The notes beneath the pieces were generated by a model. It had not been told where the DNA came from, searched no databases, and was given only the letters and a program-made list of their open reading frames with translations. 64,000 nucleotides of DNA from Paragordius varius (lineage: Eukaryota > Animalia > Nematomorpha): positions 7,936,001-8,000,000 of the forward strand of contig OZ176056.1 of the NCBI GenBank assembly GCA_964247055.1. Reading direction: 5' to 3'. The position numbers were made by a program, and so were the translations under genes. This document shows, one piece after another, positions 1 through 12,468 of this stretch (position 1 is the first letter of the stretch; the number at the start of each line of letters is the position of its first letter).

Positions 1-575
1 TAACAGAACCGAGCCTATGGAAAGGTTTTAATTGAGTCATTATTAAATATTAGTTATTGAATGGGTTTTTTTAAAAGATTGGACCCAAATTGATTTTTAA
101 TTACTAATAAGTTAAGTTATGAAGTCCAGAAAAAGGATCTTGGGAGAAATTTTTCATCCAATATGTAAACTAAAGTATTACTTTAGTTACTCTATCATGT
201 TATAAGGTTGAGTAAGTTCGACCATTGAAAACGATGATGAAAAGAGAGTATTCATATTTACTGCTGGAGGAAAATATTTGGTATAACATGAAAGGATAAA
301 GTGAAAAACATCGATTTTGCGAAAATCAACAGACTAATAACGCTATATGATAAAATAACCAAACAAAAATTTGGGTACTTTGAACACATAATTCAAGGAT
401 ATTCTTTGGAAAAGATATAAAGTTAAGAAAAGTAAACGGCAAGAGAGGAAGAGGCTCAAGGGGTAATTATTGGATGGAGAAAAATTTATCACTTTCCAAA
501 ATATCCCCACAAAAACCATCTCTAAAAGCCCATGACAGAACCGAGTGGAGGAAGTTTTCCTATAAAATCATTAAG
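1..575 (+). mobile_element. Degenerate RTE-clade non-LTR retrotransposon, 3' fragment (runs off window start)
   Basis: Disrupted frames encode GKVNGKRGRG (about 420-455) and HDRTEWRKFS (about 531-560), typical of RTE ORF C-termini. Colinear inverted homology to 3730-4276. Confidence 0.75.
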
Positions 576-899
576 TTCCCAACTAGGGTTGTGCCCATTA
601 GTCAATGTCCTAGGGTCATGACCTAGGTCAATTTTTTTATTTTTTTAATTTTACAATTATTAGGAAAATAAAATCTTATATTATTTATTGTATTATTTTG
701 TTTTAAATATCATATGATACACTATTTTTCTTTACTTCATAAATCATCAGCCTTGTGAAAATTTTTCGATGAAAAAAATCAAGTTACATGCAAGAAATGC
801 AATTACACTATATATTTAAATAATAATGAAGAAACATTTAAAATAAGTTCATGAAATAAATTATATGACAGAAGGTGATGGAAAGCAAGCTAAATATTT

Positions 900-2010
900 A
901 ATTTCCTAAGTTTAGTCTTAAAAATTTCTGTATTCAATAAGAAATTAGCCAGAAACATTCAGCAAAAATTATTTTTACATCCTCAACTCTTAACATATTT
1001 GAAAATAAACATTTTTGGAGTTTCATTCATAGTTTAAACCGAATTATGCTATTTCAAATAGAAAACAAATTTCGGTTTACTAGATTTATGTTATGAAGAT
1101 ATAAAATTAGAATTGATGAAGTATGTAAAAATAATATTTCATTAATTGTCGATTCCTTTACCAATGTTCAGGGATCAAATAATATTTATATTAGCCAAGG
1201 ATCCCAAAAATCATTTTTTAAGTCTATTGACACATCTTATCATAGTAAGGCTGCCAATTATATCTATAACATAATGGAACCAATTATAAAAGATATTGGA
1301 AATTTAAATTTAACGCAATTTTGACCGATAATGCAGCGAACATGAAGGCTGGAATTTAATTAATAAAGAATATCCTAATATTATGGCATGGATGTCAATG
1401 TCATATTATAAATAATTTGATCAAAGAATATTAAACTTAATAAGATTACTGAAATTTTAAATGTAGTGCGCATGATTGTAGATTGCATTAAATCTAATAA
1501 ATCGTATCAAAAACTCCAAAGTATAAAAAAAACTTTGAACCATCCTAAGTTAACGTTATGTTCATGGACAGTGACTCGTTTTTACACGACCAAAACTCTT
1601 AATAGCTTTGTTAATGGAAAGTTAGTATTCAACAAATGACTATCGATCCTCTATGGCGTAACTTTTTGATGCCCAAAGATAATAAACATTATATAAACTT
1701 TCTTCTTGACGTTGAAGATAATTTTTAGCTTTCTGTGGTCGAAATATTAAGCTTTTTTAATTTTTACCGATGCTATAGACTGATACTTCCTTTATAACAA
1801 AATATATGATACATGGAAGAAATGTGAAACTCTGTTTAAGGAAAATACTTTTAGAGATCAGATAGATGAATCTGTATAATATTTTAAGAAGCGTAAAGAG
1901 CAAGCGACAACGGATTTAGTTTTCTTGGCTCATTTGTTATGTCGGAAAAAGATTTGAATAGCGAGGAAACTACAAAAGCACTTGATTCTCTAAAAGGTAT
2001 ATGTGATGAC
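900..2010 (+). mobile_element. Decayed hAT-superfamily transposase fragment
   Basis: 1321-1430 translates LTDNAANMKAGI*LIKNILILWHGCQCHIINNLIKEY (TDNAANM and CxxH motifs). Upstream ISLIVDSFTN and downstream KRKEQATTDLVFLAHLL also fit hAT transposases. Many stops and frameshifts; ends not defined. Confidence 0.7.
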
Positions 2011-2019
2011 GTGTCTTAA

Positions 2020-2310
2020 CACCCGTAGTAATCAAGATACAATCGTTTTAGATCAGGCTCCAATCCATCGTCACGCAATTAATCCATTTTTTAGGCGTTT
2101 AACATTTCTACCTCATTACTCTTCCCAATTAAATCCCACCGAAGCCTTTTTTGATTTTTAGAAAAATCAAATTTTTATGTTAAAGCCTTCCACCGAATAC
2201 GAATTACATGAAACCATTGAATATGTTTTAACGCTCAAAAGATTTTAATCCGTGAAAAATTATTACGAGAAGACGTTCAAAATTTTAACAGATGTCGGAC
2301 TCGAGAAGAA
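2020..2310 (+). mobile_element. IS630/Tc1-like (DDE_3 type) transposase C-terminal fragment
   Basis: From 2036: DTIVLDQAPIHRHAINPFFRRLTFLPHYSSQLNPTEAFFDF*KNQI, resembling the VLDNAPxH...FLPPYSPxLNPIE motif pair. Confidence 0.65.
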
Positions 2311-2586
2311 AATATTATATAATGACACATATGGCAATATGATGTAACAAATGTGCAATATAAGTTTCATAAATTTAAAATTAACTATTTGTTATTATTA
2401 AAGTCTTTGTGATATTGGCCGAATCTTAGTAAATCAAATTATTCATTGTTAACATTTTAAAACTGCACTTCCTTTCCCAAAAACGTAATAATGGCCATTT
2501 TAATAAATTGAATTGACTTTTATGTTTTTTTGAAAATGAGTTTGATGCTTAGAAAAGGCATTGTATATTTCCCATGCAAGTCATTA

Positions 2587-3618
2587 TCAGGTGTATTCAT
2601 AAGTCTTCACCAGCTTTTTAGTAAAACCCATGCAAAGCAATCAATTATTATACATCGTCTTCTACACATTCGGCTAATCTTTTAATAATATATGATGAAT
2701 GCCGGGCCATAATAACTTATAGACCTATGCGGCAAACCATTCATCCAGCTATTTAACGTCTTGATAATTATTGAAGTGTTAATCTTAAGGATGTGCCCAA
2801 TGATGCTAACTTGTTTTGGTCTGATGGCGCCAAGTCAGGAGTCACCGGTTGTTAAAGAAGTTTCTATCAAAACCATCTTGTCTTCCACTGGTTTTGCTGT
2901 GCGAGACGAAGCATTGAATACAACAAAATCTTTTGCCATATTTTCTGGGCGGGTGGTTTTTCTATCAATTCATGGTTTAGGTATTATATAGAGGTAATGT
3001 TGTGTATTAATAATTTCACGGAATTCAAGAGCTTATAAGCAGAGCATGGTCGGAAGTAATTTGGTTTTATTCTGGTGGAACGGTGTGGCATTATAAAAGT
3101 TACAATTTTTATCTCTGAATTTAATAGAAATAGCCATTAATCATCCGTTTTGATTCATGCAACTATAATTTGTTTACATAAAGGATTTCACAAGTCACTT
3201 CGATCGAATACTTGCATGACCCATTTATCAAACTTGCTAAACCTTTGTTTTTAGACAATTATTGATTGTATTATAAATATTATGCTTCTGCCAATTATTG
3301 TTTTATGAGTCATTATTCAATCGCAAATATAAGCCACGTTTCATATTGTTAATAGGTATCTTTGCTACATGTATAGCCAGCAAACGATGACTTTCTCCAG
3401 TCTATTTCTTCTGGTGGCAATGGGTGCCAGAAATGTTTCTACACGAAAAATTCAACGTGATTACTGAGATAATATACGCTTTTTTGGTTAACTCATTTGT
3501 GTATGTTTTTCAACTAATGTCAGATGAACAAACGGATATGCATCAAATTAATCGTCTGCATAATTTTTTCTGACGTCTTCTCTTATTTGAACCGGCAGTA
3601 GTTTTAGTGTACATCTCG
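2587..3618 (-). mobile_element. Degenerate mariner transposon, Mos1/mauritiana-like, with residual TIRs and TA flanks
   Basis: Minus-strand remnants PDLAPSD (2819-2839), HFNNYQDVK*LDEWFAA (to 2728), NASSRTAKPV, TMLC and a KWV motif. Ends are TA|TCAGGTGTA at 2585-2595 and TA|CGAGATGTACA (minus strand) at 3620-3608. Confidence 0.8.
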
Positions 3619-3699
3619 TATCATAAATCCATATAAATTCTGTAAATTATAGGATCTGCACTTTTCCACAAATATTGATTATAATTAGAATGGGATGGT

Positions 3700-4450
3700 T
3701 GGGAGCTTGTGGTAAATTACCGACCCTCTGCGATTTTTTAGGAAAACTTCCTCCACTCGGTTCTGCCATAGGCTTTTAGAGATAGTTTTTGTGGGTATAT
3801 CTTAGAAAAATTTCTAATGAATACGCCTTCATCCTATTCCTCTCTTGCCGTTTACTTTTCCTCATATTATATCATTTTTCAAAGAATATCCTCGAATTAT
3901 ATGACAAAAGCAAATTTTTGTTTGGTTAACACATAGCGTTATTAGTCTTGTTGATTTTCGCAAAATCGATGTTTTTCACTTTATCGTTTTATGTCATAAA
4001 AAATATTTCCTCCAGCAAATATCAAAAGCCTTAATTCTTTTTTCGTCATCGTCAATGGTCCAGCTTAGACAACCATATAACATGATAGAGTAACTAAAGT
4101 TTTTTAATTTACATATTGCATGAAAGATTTCTCCCATAATCTTTTTTCTGGACTTGATAATTTAAGATATTAGTAATTGCAAATCAATTTGGGTCCTACC
4201 TTTTAAAAAAGACCCATTCAACAACTAATATTTGATAATGGTTCATTTATAACTTTTCCATAAGCTCTGTTCTGTTACCCTTGAGATACCAGCCTGCTAG
4301 ATATCCTTTAATGTGTTAATATGTTTGCGAAAATAACATTTTAAGAATATAATTATGCTATTTACCTGTTCTAAAAATAATCTCATTTCCCGTTAGCTTT
4401 GCAATAAATTAAATTATGCAAATTGAGGTGTTCTCGTTGACACAATATTA
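3700..4450 (-). mobile_element. Degenerate RTE-clade LINE fragment, inverted relative to 1-575
   Basis: Minus strand reads SIMLYGCLSWTIDDDEKRIKAFDICWRKY and FCHIIRGYSLKNDII*GKVNGKRG, hallmark RTE RT/C-terminal motifs, with stops. Confidence 0.8.
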
Positions 4451-5289
4451 CAATTTATAAAAATTGCACTTTATATTTAATTATTGGCCAAAATTGACAC
4501 ATAGTAATATCATAAAATGCCTAAATCCATTTTTTGGTGTTGAAGTTGAGACTAGTCTATTTATATAAGTTATCCCTCCTAAATTATCTTTCAATGAAAT
4601 TTTTTCTTACGATAATTTATTCAAAATTCATTACATGTCCACATGGTATAAAAAGAGTTTGTTTTTTGGATTTTGTCATTTCATATTTCATTTTTGTCTC
4701 ACATAATTCTATTCATTTCATAGTTTAAATTTTACGATGCCAAAAGGATTTAAATTTTATGTGTGTTTTTACTGTTATGCAGTATTAGCTTTTGCCAAGC
4801 TCATCATATACGCCAGGAGTCCCCAGAAAGTTTATCTGTAGAAACCACATCAGTTGATTCTGGCGTCATAAAAATATCTCCCAATCAAATACGTTTCAAA
4901 GAGGCTATGGAACACGGGTTAGCACCCCACCCAGATGCATAATCCCAGTCACATTATGATTTGGTTAATAAATATTTTTTTTATATTTTTCTCACACAAT
5001 ATAAATAAATTTTACATTGAATTTCTTAAAAATTATTGCAATAGAAAGAAAAATTAATTTCGCCATGTTAAGTGAGGAAAAGCAATATTTGATTTTAAAT
5101 CACTGTACAAAGAGAGTTTGGTTCTTACTCCTCAAAGTGTCAAAAGTCTATGTCGAGTCATATGAAGTTTTTATTTTAAGATCTTATCTTTGGTGCAAAA
5201 GGTGTCTTATTTGCTTCTTAATGGGACAGGCCCTTCAAGGTAGACCAGTTTTGGAGGTATTAGACATAACAAGTTTTCAACGTTACCTC

Positions 5290-6030
5290 TTCGTCCGTGA
5301 TAAATAACCGTTAATCCTGTTTTACACTAAATCTCAACTTCGGTCAACATAAATGCCGAAAATTGGTAACCAGCCCTGCTTAACTATCTGGGCTCCAACA
5401 TTGCTTCGAGGATGTCATTGTCCCACAATGAATGGCAAGTAGTCTCGTTAGAGTCGAGTCTTGCATGGCTTTAGTTTGCAACAGTATAAAACGGAACATA
5501 CATATAGAGCACAATGTACAATATTAATTATCCGCTTAATATTAACAAATTTAACTGTAAATGTTTATCATCAAATACTAACTCACTTCAAAAGAGTGTA
5601 AAAATAAAAGTTTATATACCTTAATCCAGCAGATATGGGAATTAAGATTTAAAATTAACTACGGCTCTGCCATTAAAACATTCTGTCTATGAGAGCAAAT
5701 TATTCGGCTCAAATAAAATGCCGAAGATTGGTAATCAGTTCTGCTCAAGTATAAGCAGCTCCAATGTCGCCTCATTGGCAATGAATCTCATCAGAGTCGG
5801 ATCTATCATGGTTTGAATTTGTATTGGCGGATTAGAGATTGGATGTGCATGTATGAGGGCAACAAACATATAAACCATAGTAAATTATGTGGTTACCGTT
5901 AATAGGTTAAAACAAAATGGGTTATATATTATATTTATAAACAAAATACTCATTTCCAACAATTGTTTGCAAAGTGTATTTATCAACCTTCCAGTAGATA
6001 TGGGGAATTAAGAATCAAAATAAACTACTA
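5290..6030. repeat. Diverged tandem duplication, two units of about 365 bp
   Basis: Colinear matches: TTCGGTCAACATAAATGCCGAAAATTGGTAAC (about 5339) vs TTCGGCTCAAATAAAATGCCGAAGATTGGTAAT (about 5703); CCAGCAGATATGGGAATTAAG (about 5626) vs CCAGTAGATATGGGGAATTAAG (about 5991). Confidence 0.7.
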
Positions 6031-9000
6031 CCACCTCGATCAAAGCTATTCTACTCGTTAGGCAGCCACCCTTCTTTTTAAAGCTTTTGCAGAACCTATA
6101 AGGAAGTTGAGCTGCGACAAAAGAGTTTACTTTCTTGCATGTGTGTCTTTAAAATAATTACGTAAGCATTTTACCGATTAAATAAGATAAAGATTGTTGT
6201 TCGGTGTGTGGACTATCTTCATGAGAAGTATAGTCAGGTGGGACGAACCACGGCACCTTAAACACAAACTGTCAGACAGTCATGCTCCTGTCTAAAACCT
6301 ATACGTTTAAATTGAAATATCAAAGCTAGCCACATTATTAAAAATAGTATTAAAATTATTTATATAATTAACATACAAATATTAGCACTGATTGATGGCT
6401 TATTAAGGAAATCTACATACTAGTGAAAAAATTTGTTAAAACGGTTCATAATCTCTGATGAAAATTCACTTAAAAATGGATAGATAGTTATTAAAATTAA
6501 GTATTATAAGAATTATTCTAAAGTAGTTAAGTGACTCTTGTCATATCGTTTATGAACCATTCTTTTGTATATAATAAAAAAATATATATCTGATTGCGTA
6601 AATTTAAGCATCGATTTCAGTAGTAAAAAACAATTCTAATGATTCATATATAACGATTTGCTCAAATTGCACTTTGTAAGTACTACCTTTAAATTTGAGC
6701 TTACTCCCCAAAACTGGTTATCTACCACATTTTATTTTATAAATTTATAAAAAAAATTATACAGTCATGTATATATATAAATGGATAAATTACGGTCAAT
6801 TTATATCTTAGATAGCCTTTAGCAGAATCCCCTTATTTAATTTTTCGAAATTTCGAAAACATACATAAAAGCGTAAAACTGTGTCGATTTTTTGGTAAAA
6901 TATACAGTTTTGAGGTATCGATACAATATTAAATAGAACTATCATTTCTTTTAAAAAAATAAATGTTTATAAATCATATATCTTTCGATAACTAAAAATT
7001 TTAATATAATGAATGATAATGTAAATAAGGGAGGTTATCAGATTTAAAAGAAATTTACTATTTCTGCCATTGACCAAAATTAATAAATTTTTATCGCCGA
7101 TTTAGGTCAAATATAATTTAATATTAGAAGAAAGCGCATCAATTAATGTTCTTTAATATGTACACCATAAGGATAACCCTTAAAATATCAATGATTTTAC
7201 ATTATTTCAAACGGTCGTTAATTGACTTACCATAATTTAACCTATTTTATTATCATATATTTATTATAAATCTAAATTTTACCCAATATACCATGTTAAA
7301 ATGCAAGTCTTATATGAGATATTGTTTTTTTTTCGCTCCAACCAAAGCGTAAGTAGTGCATAGTTTTTATAAAACTTGAAGATATTCTTTTCGGCATCTC
7401 AGAATTTCAAATAACTCACTTTTGAAAAACACAATTGAAACTAAATCTGAAATATAAAGGAACAAATCTAATCACAAATTCTAAGGCGGTAGAAACGTTT
7501 AGCATCATCGAATTAATAATTGCAATATTTATACGGTTTTTAACATTCAAAATACCACTAAACACATTTCATCCATACTTGGCTAAAATTATTTTTTTTA
7601 TTGAATTTTTAAACTAGCATATATTAATAAATATTTAAAAAATAGGCATTTTTGCGTATTTTTTTATAAAAAGTTATTTCAGAGGGTACAATAGTTTAGA
7701 ATTTATGAATTAAAATATAATTTTGGGTTTTAAAGATTGCTACATTATATTTTATTGATATATTATGGAATGAGGCATTAACTTTTATTCGAAATGTTTA
7801 TTTAGCATAATAAGCGCATTTTGCGATTTGTGACAGAGGGATTCGCACAAAAACGTAATTCTGACTAGGAAGGCCTAAAAACTTCAAACATTATGAGAAT
7901 CCTGATATATTTATATATCTGAATATATTATATACATTTATTTGCCAAGTTTTTGTCTCCATTATATTATTTAATTTGGTGATAGCATAAAATTAATAAA
8001 AACTTTTAATTTGGCTTCCACATAACATAGTGCATACTGGGGCCAAAAAAATATTCTTGAAATATTTATATACTTATAAAAAAAAAGTAACACGATCTTT
8101 TTGGTTTGGGGCCTTACTAGTTATTTTTAAAAAGCTTTTATACGTTTTAGGAATAACTTTAAGTCCGAAAATGGCAAAATTTGCCCATATATAACTAAAA
8201 TATTCAATGAAAGTTAATAAATTTTACAAACCGCAACCCATGGGTAGCATGCCGACATAAAATGCTTTAGGATTCTAAAATTATTCAAACTTAGATATTA
8301 ATATGTAAAATATTTTTTATTCATGAATATTTGGTTATAGTTTTTTTTGGAAATTGTTATAAAAAAATATATATAAAAATTTGGCCCACCTTGTGTCTGT
8401 GCATTTTCTTTTCTTTTTTAAGATTCTTATTGGCGTTTTGCGTTTTAAAATCAAACTTCATATAAAAATTATTATTCTAAAAAATAATCAACACTTACAC
8501 AACTATTTATTTTACTTACCTAGTTTAGATTTTGGGATAGTTTTATATCAACACAATCTAAAATAAACTACAGTTTTAAAAGTATTTTAGAATTTAATTA
8601 TTATGTTCTTATGTATTATATAAAATAGCTTATATTTTTTACATTGTGACTCATAAAGTCTAAAATTGGGACAGCTCCAAAAGACGATTGAAACTAATAC
8701 TGATATTAAAATGATAATATATCAAGTTTTTGCTGGTAAAATGTAACTTGAAAGCTTTACATTTTCTAATCGTAATCATTTATATTCCTGTTACTAAGCG
8801 ATTTTAAAAAATAGGAAAAAATGGCAACAAAAATTTTGAGAGGAAGATTCTTTACTATTACATTTTTAAAAATATTTAACCCTAAAAAGCTAAAGAAAGT
8901 ATATTTTAAAATGCTTTTAAATTTAAGTTTAAAAGCGCTCTGGGATATAAAACTAATTTAAATGGAGTATTAAAAAAAAATGAAACCATTTTGAACACTT

Positions 9001-9325
9001 AATAACATTAAATAGAATTTCCATTGTTTATAATATTTTATACAATATTTATTCCTATTCTCTAAAATAATTCATTAATAAATAACGCATACAAAAGATG
9101 ACATTACCAAGAACAGAAATTATCCGATGATATAATAATGTTTTGTATTATTAAAAAAATTTCGCAACTTGACTAATTTGTAAAGAAACATATAATATGG
9201 AACGCACACATACATCATTTACATAAGCCTAAAACTCTTTAGAACAGGGGTGTTCAACACAAGGCCCCTTACATAATATAATTTTAAACACATACATCGT
9301 TTATATAAACCTAAAATTCTTTAGA

Positions 9326-9546
9326 ACACGGGTGTTTAACACTGGCCCCATGGCCGCACTTAGCCTTTCAAAACATTTCTCCAGCTCGCGAAAATTTTTA
9401 AATACAAAATTTTCAGAAATTCGGGAAAATGTTAAAAATATTTCTTTTAACAGTCTTGTGTCTAAAATCTAACAAATTATTTATGAATCCTAATATATAT
9501 TTATTTAATGCGGCCGGCAAAGCCATTTATGTTGGACACCGCGGTT
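9326..9546. mobile_element. Degenerate hAT-type MITE (CAGGGGTGTCCAAC-like ends)
   Basis: Left end CACGGGTGTTTAACAC; right end ATGTTGGACACCGCGGTTG preceded by GCGGCC. The left end is duplicated about 82 bp upstream (9245, CAGGGGTGTTCAACAC). A related end occurs at 49446 (CAGGGGGGTGCCCAACATGCGGCC). Confidence 0.5.
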
Positions 9547-10045
9547 GTGGAGTCTACGATTGAAGCGGCTCCAAACGATTCGACTAAAGTTGATTTTTAA
9601 ATTCTAATATCAAATTTCTGGTAAAATGCAACTTTAAAGCTATTTACATTTTTCAACCATAATATACATTAATTAACATTTATAAAAGCGATCTAAAAAA
9701 TTACGGAATAAGCAAAAAGGTTTGAAATGCTGGCTGTTTACTTTGTATTTTAGGTTAAAAGTCTAAAAAATTATATTTTTTGATTCAGCCTAATATAAAT
9801 ACCTTTTAAGATATTCAAATAAATTTCCAATCGCTTTTACCCCAAAATATGAAATGTTAAGTATAATACAGTAATTGGTTACACAACCAATTATCCGTAT
9901 TAGAATTGTAATTTAAGGATTATATGGGATGATTTAAAAAATTATCCTTTCTATATTTTTGTATTGTTTGTATATAATTTCAACTTTCACTGTTACAATA
10001 TTTACATCCCTTCACCTTTTACTCGGCTCTCGAAAAATACTCCCC

Positions 10046-12430
10046 ATGCCGTCTGCAATAATTCCAAACGATGAAAATATTAAAGATGTTACTTTTTATA
10101 AATATAAATCACCCTTGTTTTATGGATATGTTGGTCCATTTTTACTCATTTACCTTATTTATACCGCAATATGGGCCATGAAATTTGGGATAAAGCAGCA
10201 TTTAGAGCTAGGTTTGATACTTTATGGTTTTTTGGTTGTTTTAAATATCATTACCTTCTTGGCGTGTATATGGTCAGTAAATGTTCGATCAAAGTTGCTA
10301 TGTTTAAAGGTATGTTTTTAAATTTAATAAATTTAGGTGGATCACATATCGAATGCACAATATGTTAAAGTTTTATCTAATGCAAATATACCGAACACTA
10401 TGGTTAAACTTTATCAAAATCAAGTTTACATACCATAATCATTTGCTTAGGATGAGAAATGGTTTGATTTTTATCGCATCAAATATTTATTTAATTCGGA
10501 TAAAAAATATTTTGAACCATTGAGCTATCCCGATAAGTTGCCATATTCCTCATACCTCAATCATAAAGGTATATCAGACGAGCAATCTAAACACCTTGAA
10601 ACATTGTATGGACCAAACAGGTTTTAAATATATAATCATTTTAAAAGTGTATTTTAATTTTCAATAATACTCATTTTGGTTTTATTTACGCACTGTTCTC
10701 CATTTTAAAATTAATGAAAACGTTTGATGGCAAAAAGTTTGATTTAACAAATTTAAATAAGTTTATTTGTTTAAATTTTTTTTAAAAGATTAAAATATAT
10801 ATTGTAATTTTAATAATATCATAAGTTTTTTCTTAAATGCAAATAAAATTTTAAATTTTTCCGAATTCAAATTTATAAGGTATAAAATTTGAACAATATC
10901 AGATTATTCATAATAATAATGATTATTTGTGGTTTCTTATTAAAAATTTTATTTATTATATATTAAAAGTATTTATTTTTATTGTTTTTACAGTTTTTTT
11001 TAGCAATTTTACCAAAATGTACTTAATTTTGCTGAAAATTTATTTATAATTCCCAATACAATATAAATTTTTAAGATTTCAATTATATGTTTATATATTT
11101 ATATAAATTCTAATATAGTTTTTAATAAAAATTTCTTTTTTAAACTTTTTCTCAAAAATTTAAAAATTTTATTTGCCAAAAACAAGATTAAATATTGAAA
11201 TCCCAGAATTTATGGATCTTATGAAGCAAAGAGCTACCTCGCCTTTTTTCGTTTTTCAAGTCATTTGTGTTGCATTGTGGTCACTTTATGATCAATTTTA
11301 TTATAGGTAAATATTTAATTTTTTTTATTGAACATTAAAAAAAATTTTTTGTGGAAAAATTGGATGTATTTATTTTTGAACATATATTAAAATAACTTAT
11401 GGTCAAGATTTAATTATAGGTGTAGGGTAATTGGTTTTAATCTATTTTTTGTGTGTAATTACATTTTTTTCGTTAAAAATTGGATATATAATATATATTT
11501 ATATATTTAAAATCAAAATTTAACTATAGACTTTTGGATAAAAAATAGTATATTTATTTGTTAATTTACTTAAATTTAAATTTGGTTTAATATATACGTT
11601 ACAATGAACATTAAAATTTAATAAAATTACAATAAATAAAATTTCAAAAATAAAAAAAAAATCAATTTTTTTTCCTAATAATTTTTCACTAATGTCTTAA
11701 CCAGAATAGGGGTAGGGGTTCGTTATAAGGCCCCCTTCAAAATACCTGTGAGGAAGTCATGAGAAATTTTAATAATTGTTAAACAAACTTTTACGGAAAT
11801 CTCTGTGGTAATGAATATAATGATAAATAATCTTTTTTTGTCATAAAATTTCCATATCTTTCTGGCAATGAATTAACAAAAAAAATAATATTAAAATAAA
11901 TTGTACCCAATATTTGAATCCCCCCGAAACTAAGCAATATTTCCATAATCATTGTCAGCCCTAGGCAGGCAGGCGTGTGTTAAAGCACTTTTTCTACATG
12001 TCCGGATATAATTTCTTATTGATATAAAAAGGAAAAAAACGAAAAACTCTAAAATGTATATTATAATTTTTTTATTTTTTTACAATTTATTTAAAATTAT
12101 AAAAAATATTTGTATTGTGTTAAGTAGGCATCCTACCCCTTGGTCTGTCTCTATAAATTTTACAACAATGTTTTAAGGCTTTTTTATTATTTTTATGCCT
12201 TTATTTTAAACAACTTAACATTATTATTGTTATTAAAGATTTGAAAAATGAATGCTAAATTTTGCCATTTTTTCAATTAAAAATATATGTTTTTTACCGA
12301 AAATTAAGGATTACTAAAAAACACTTTAAATTTGCAAATTTCTTTACGTTTTATATCAATCTATTTTAGCCTTTGTAATATTTATTGCCCACAAAAAATT
12401 TATTTTATTTTTTTTACAATATTTACTTTT

Positions 12431-12468
<38 letters not shown>

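Noticed and set aside
584-650. CTAGGGTTGTGC...CCTAGGGTCATGACCTAGG as the hAT left TIR
   Set aside because: No matching inverted end or 8-bp TSD found downstream, so element boundaries are left undefined.
5340-5860. LDLa-like (DSDEIHC) or LRR-like peptides in the minus frames of the tandem pair
   Set aside because: Frames are not conserved between the two units and contain stops; likely chance.
9959-10045. Longer N-terminus for ATP13A1 from the ORF track
   Set aside because: It begins at a non-ATG codon. The first ATG at 10046 gives an N-terminus that aligns with recalled P5A orthologues.
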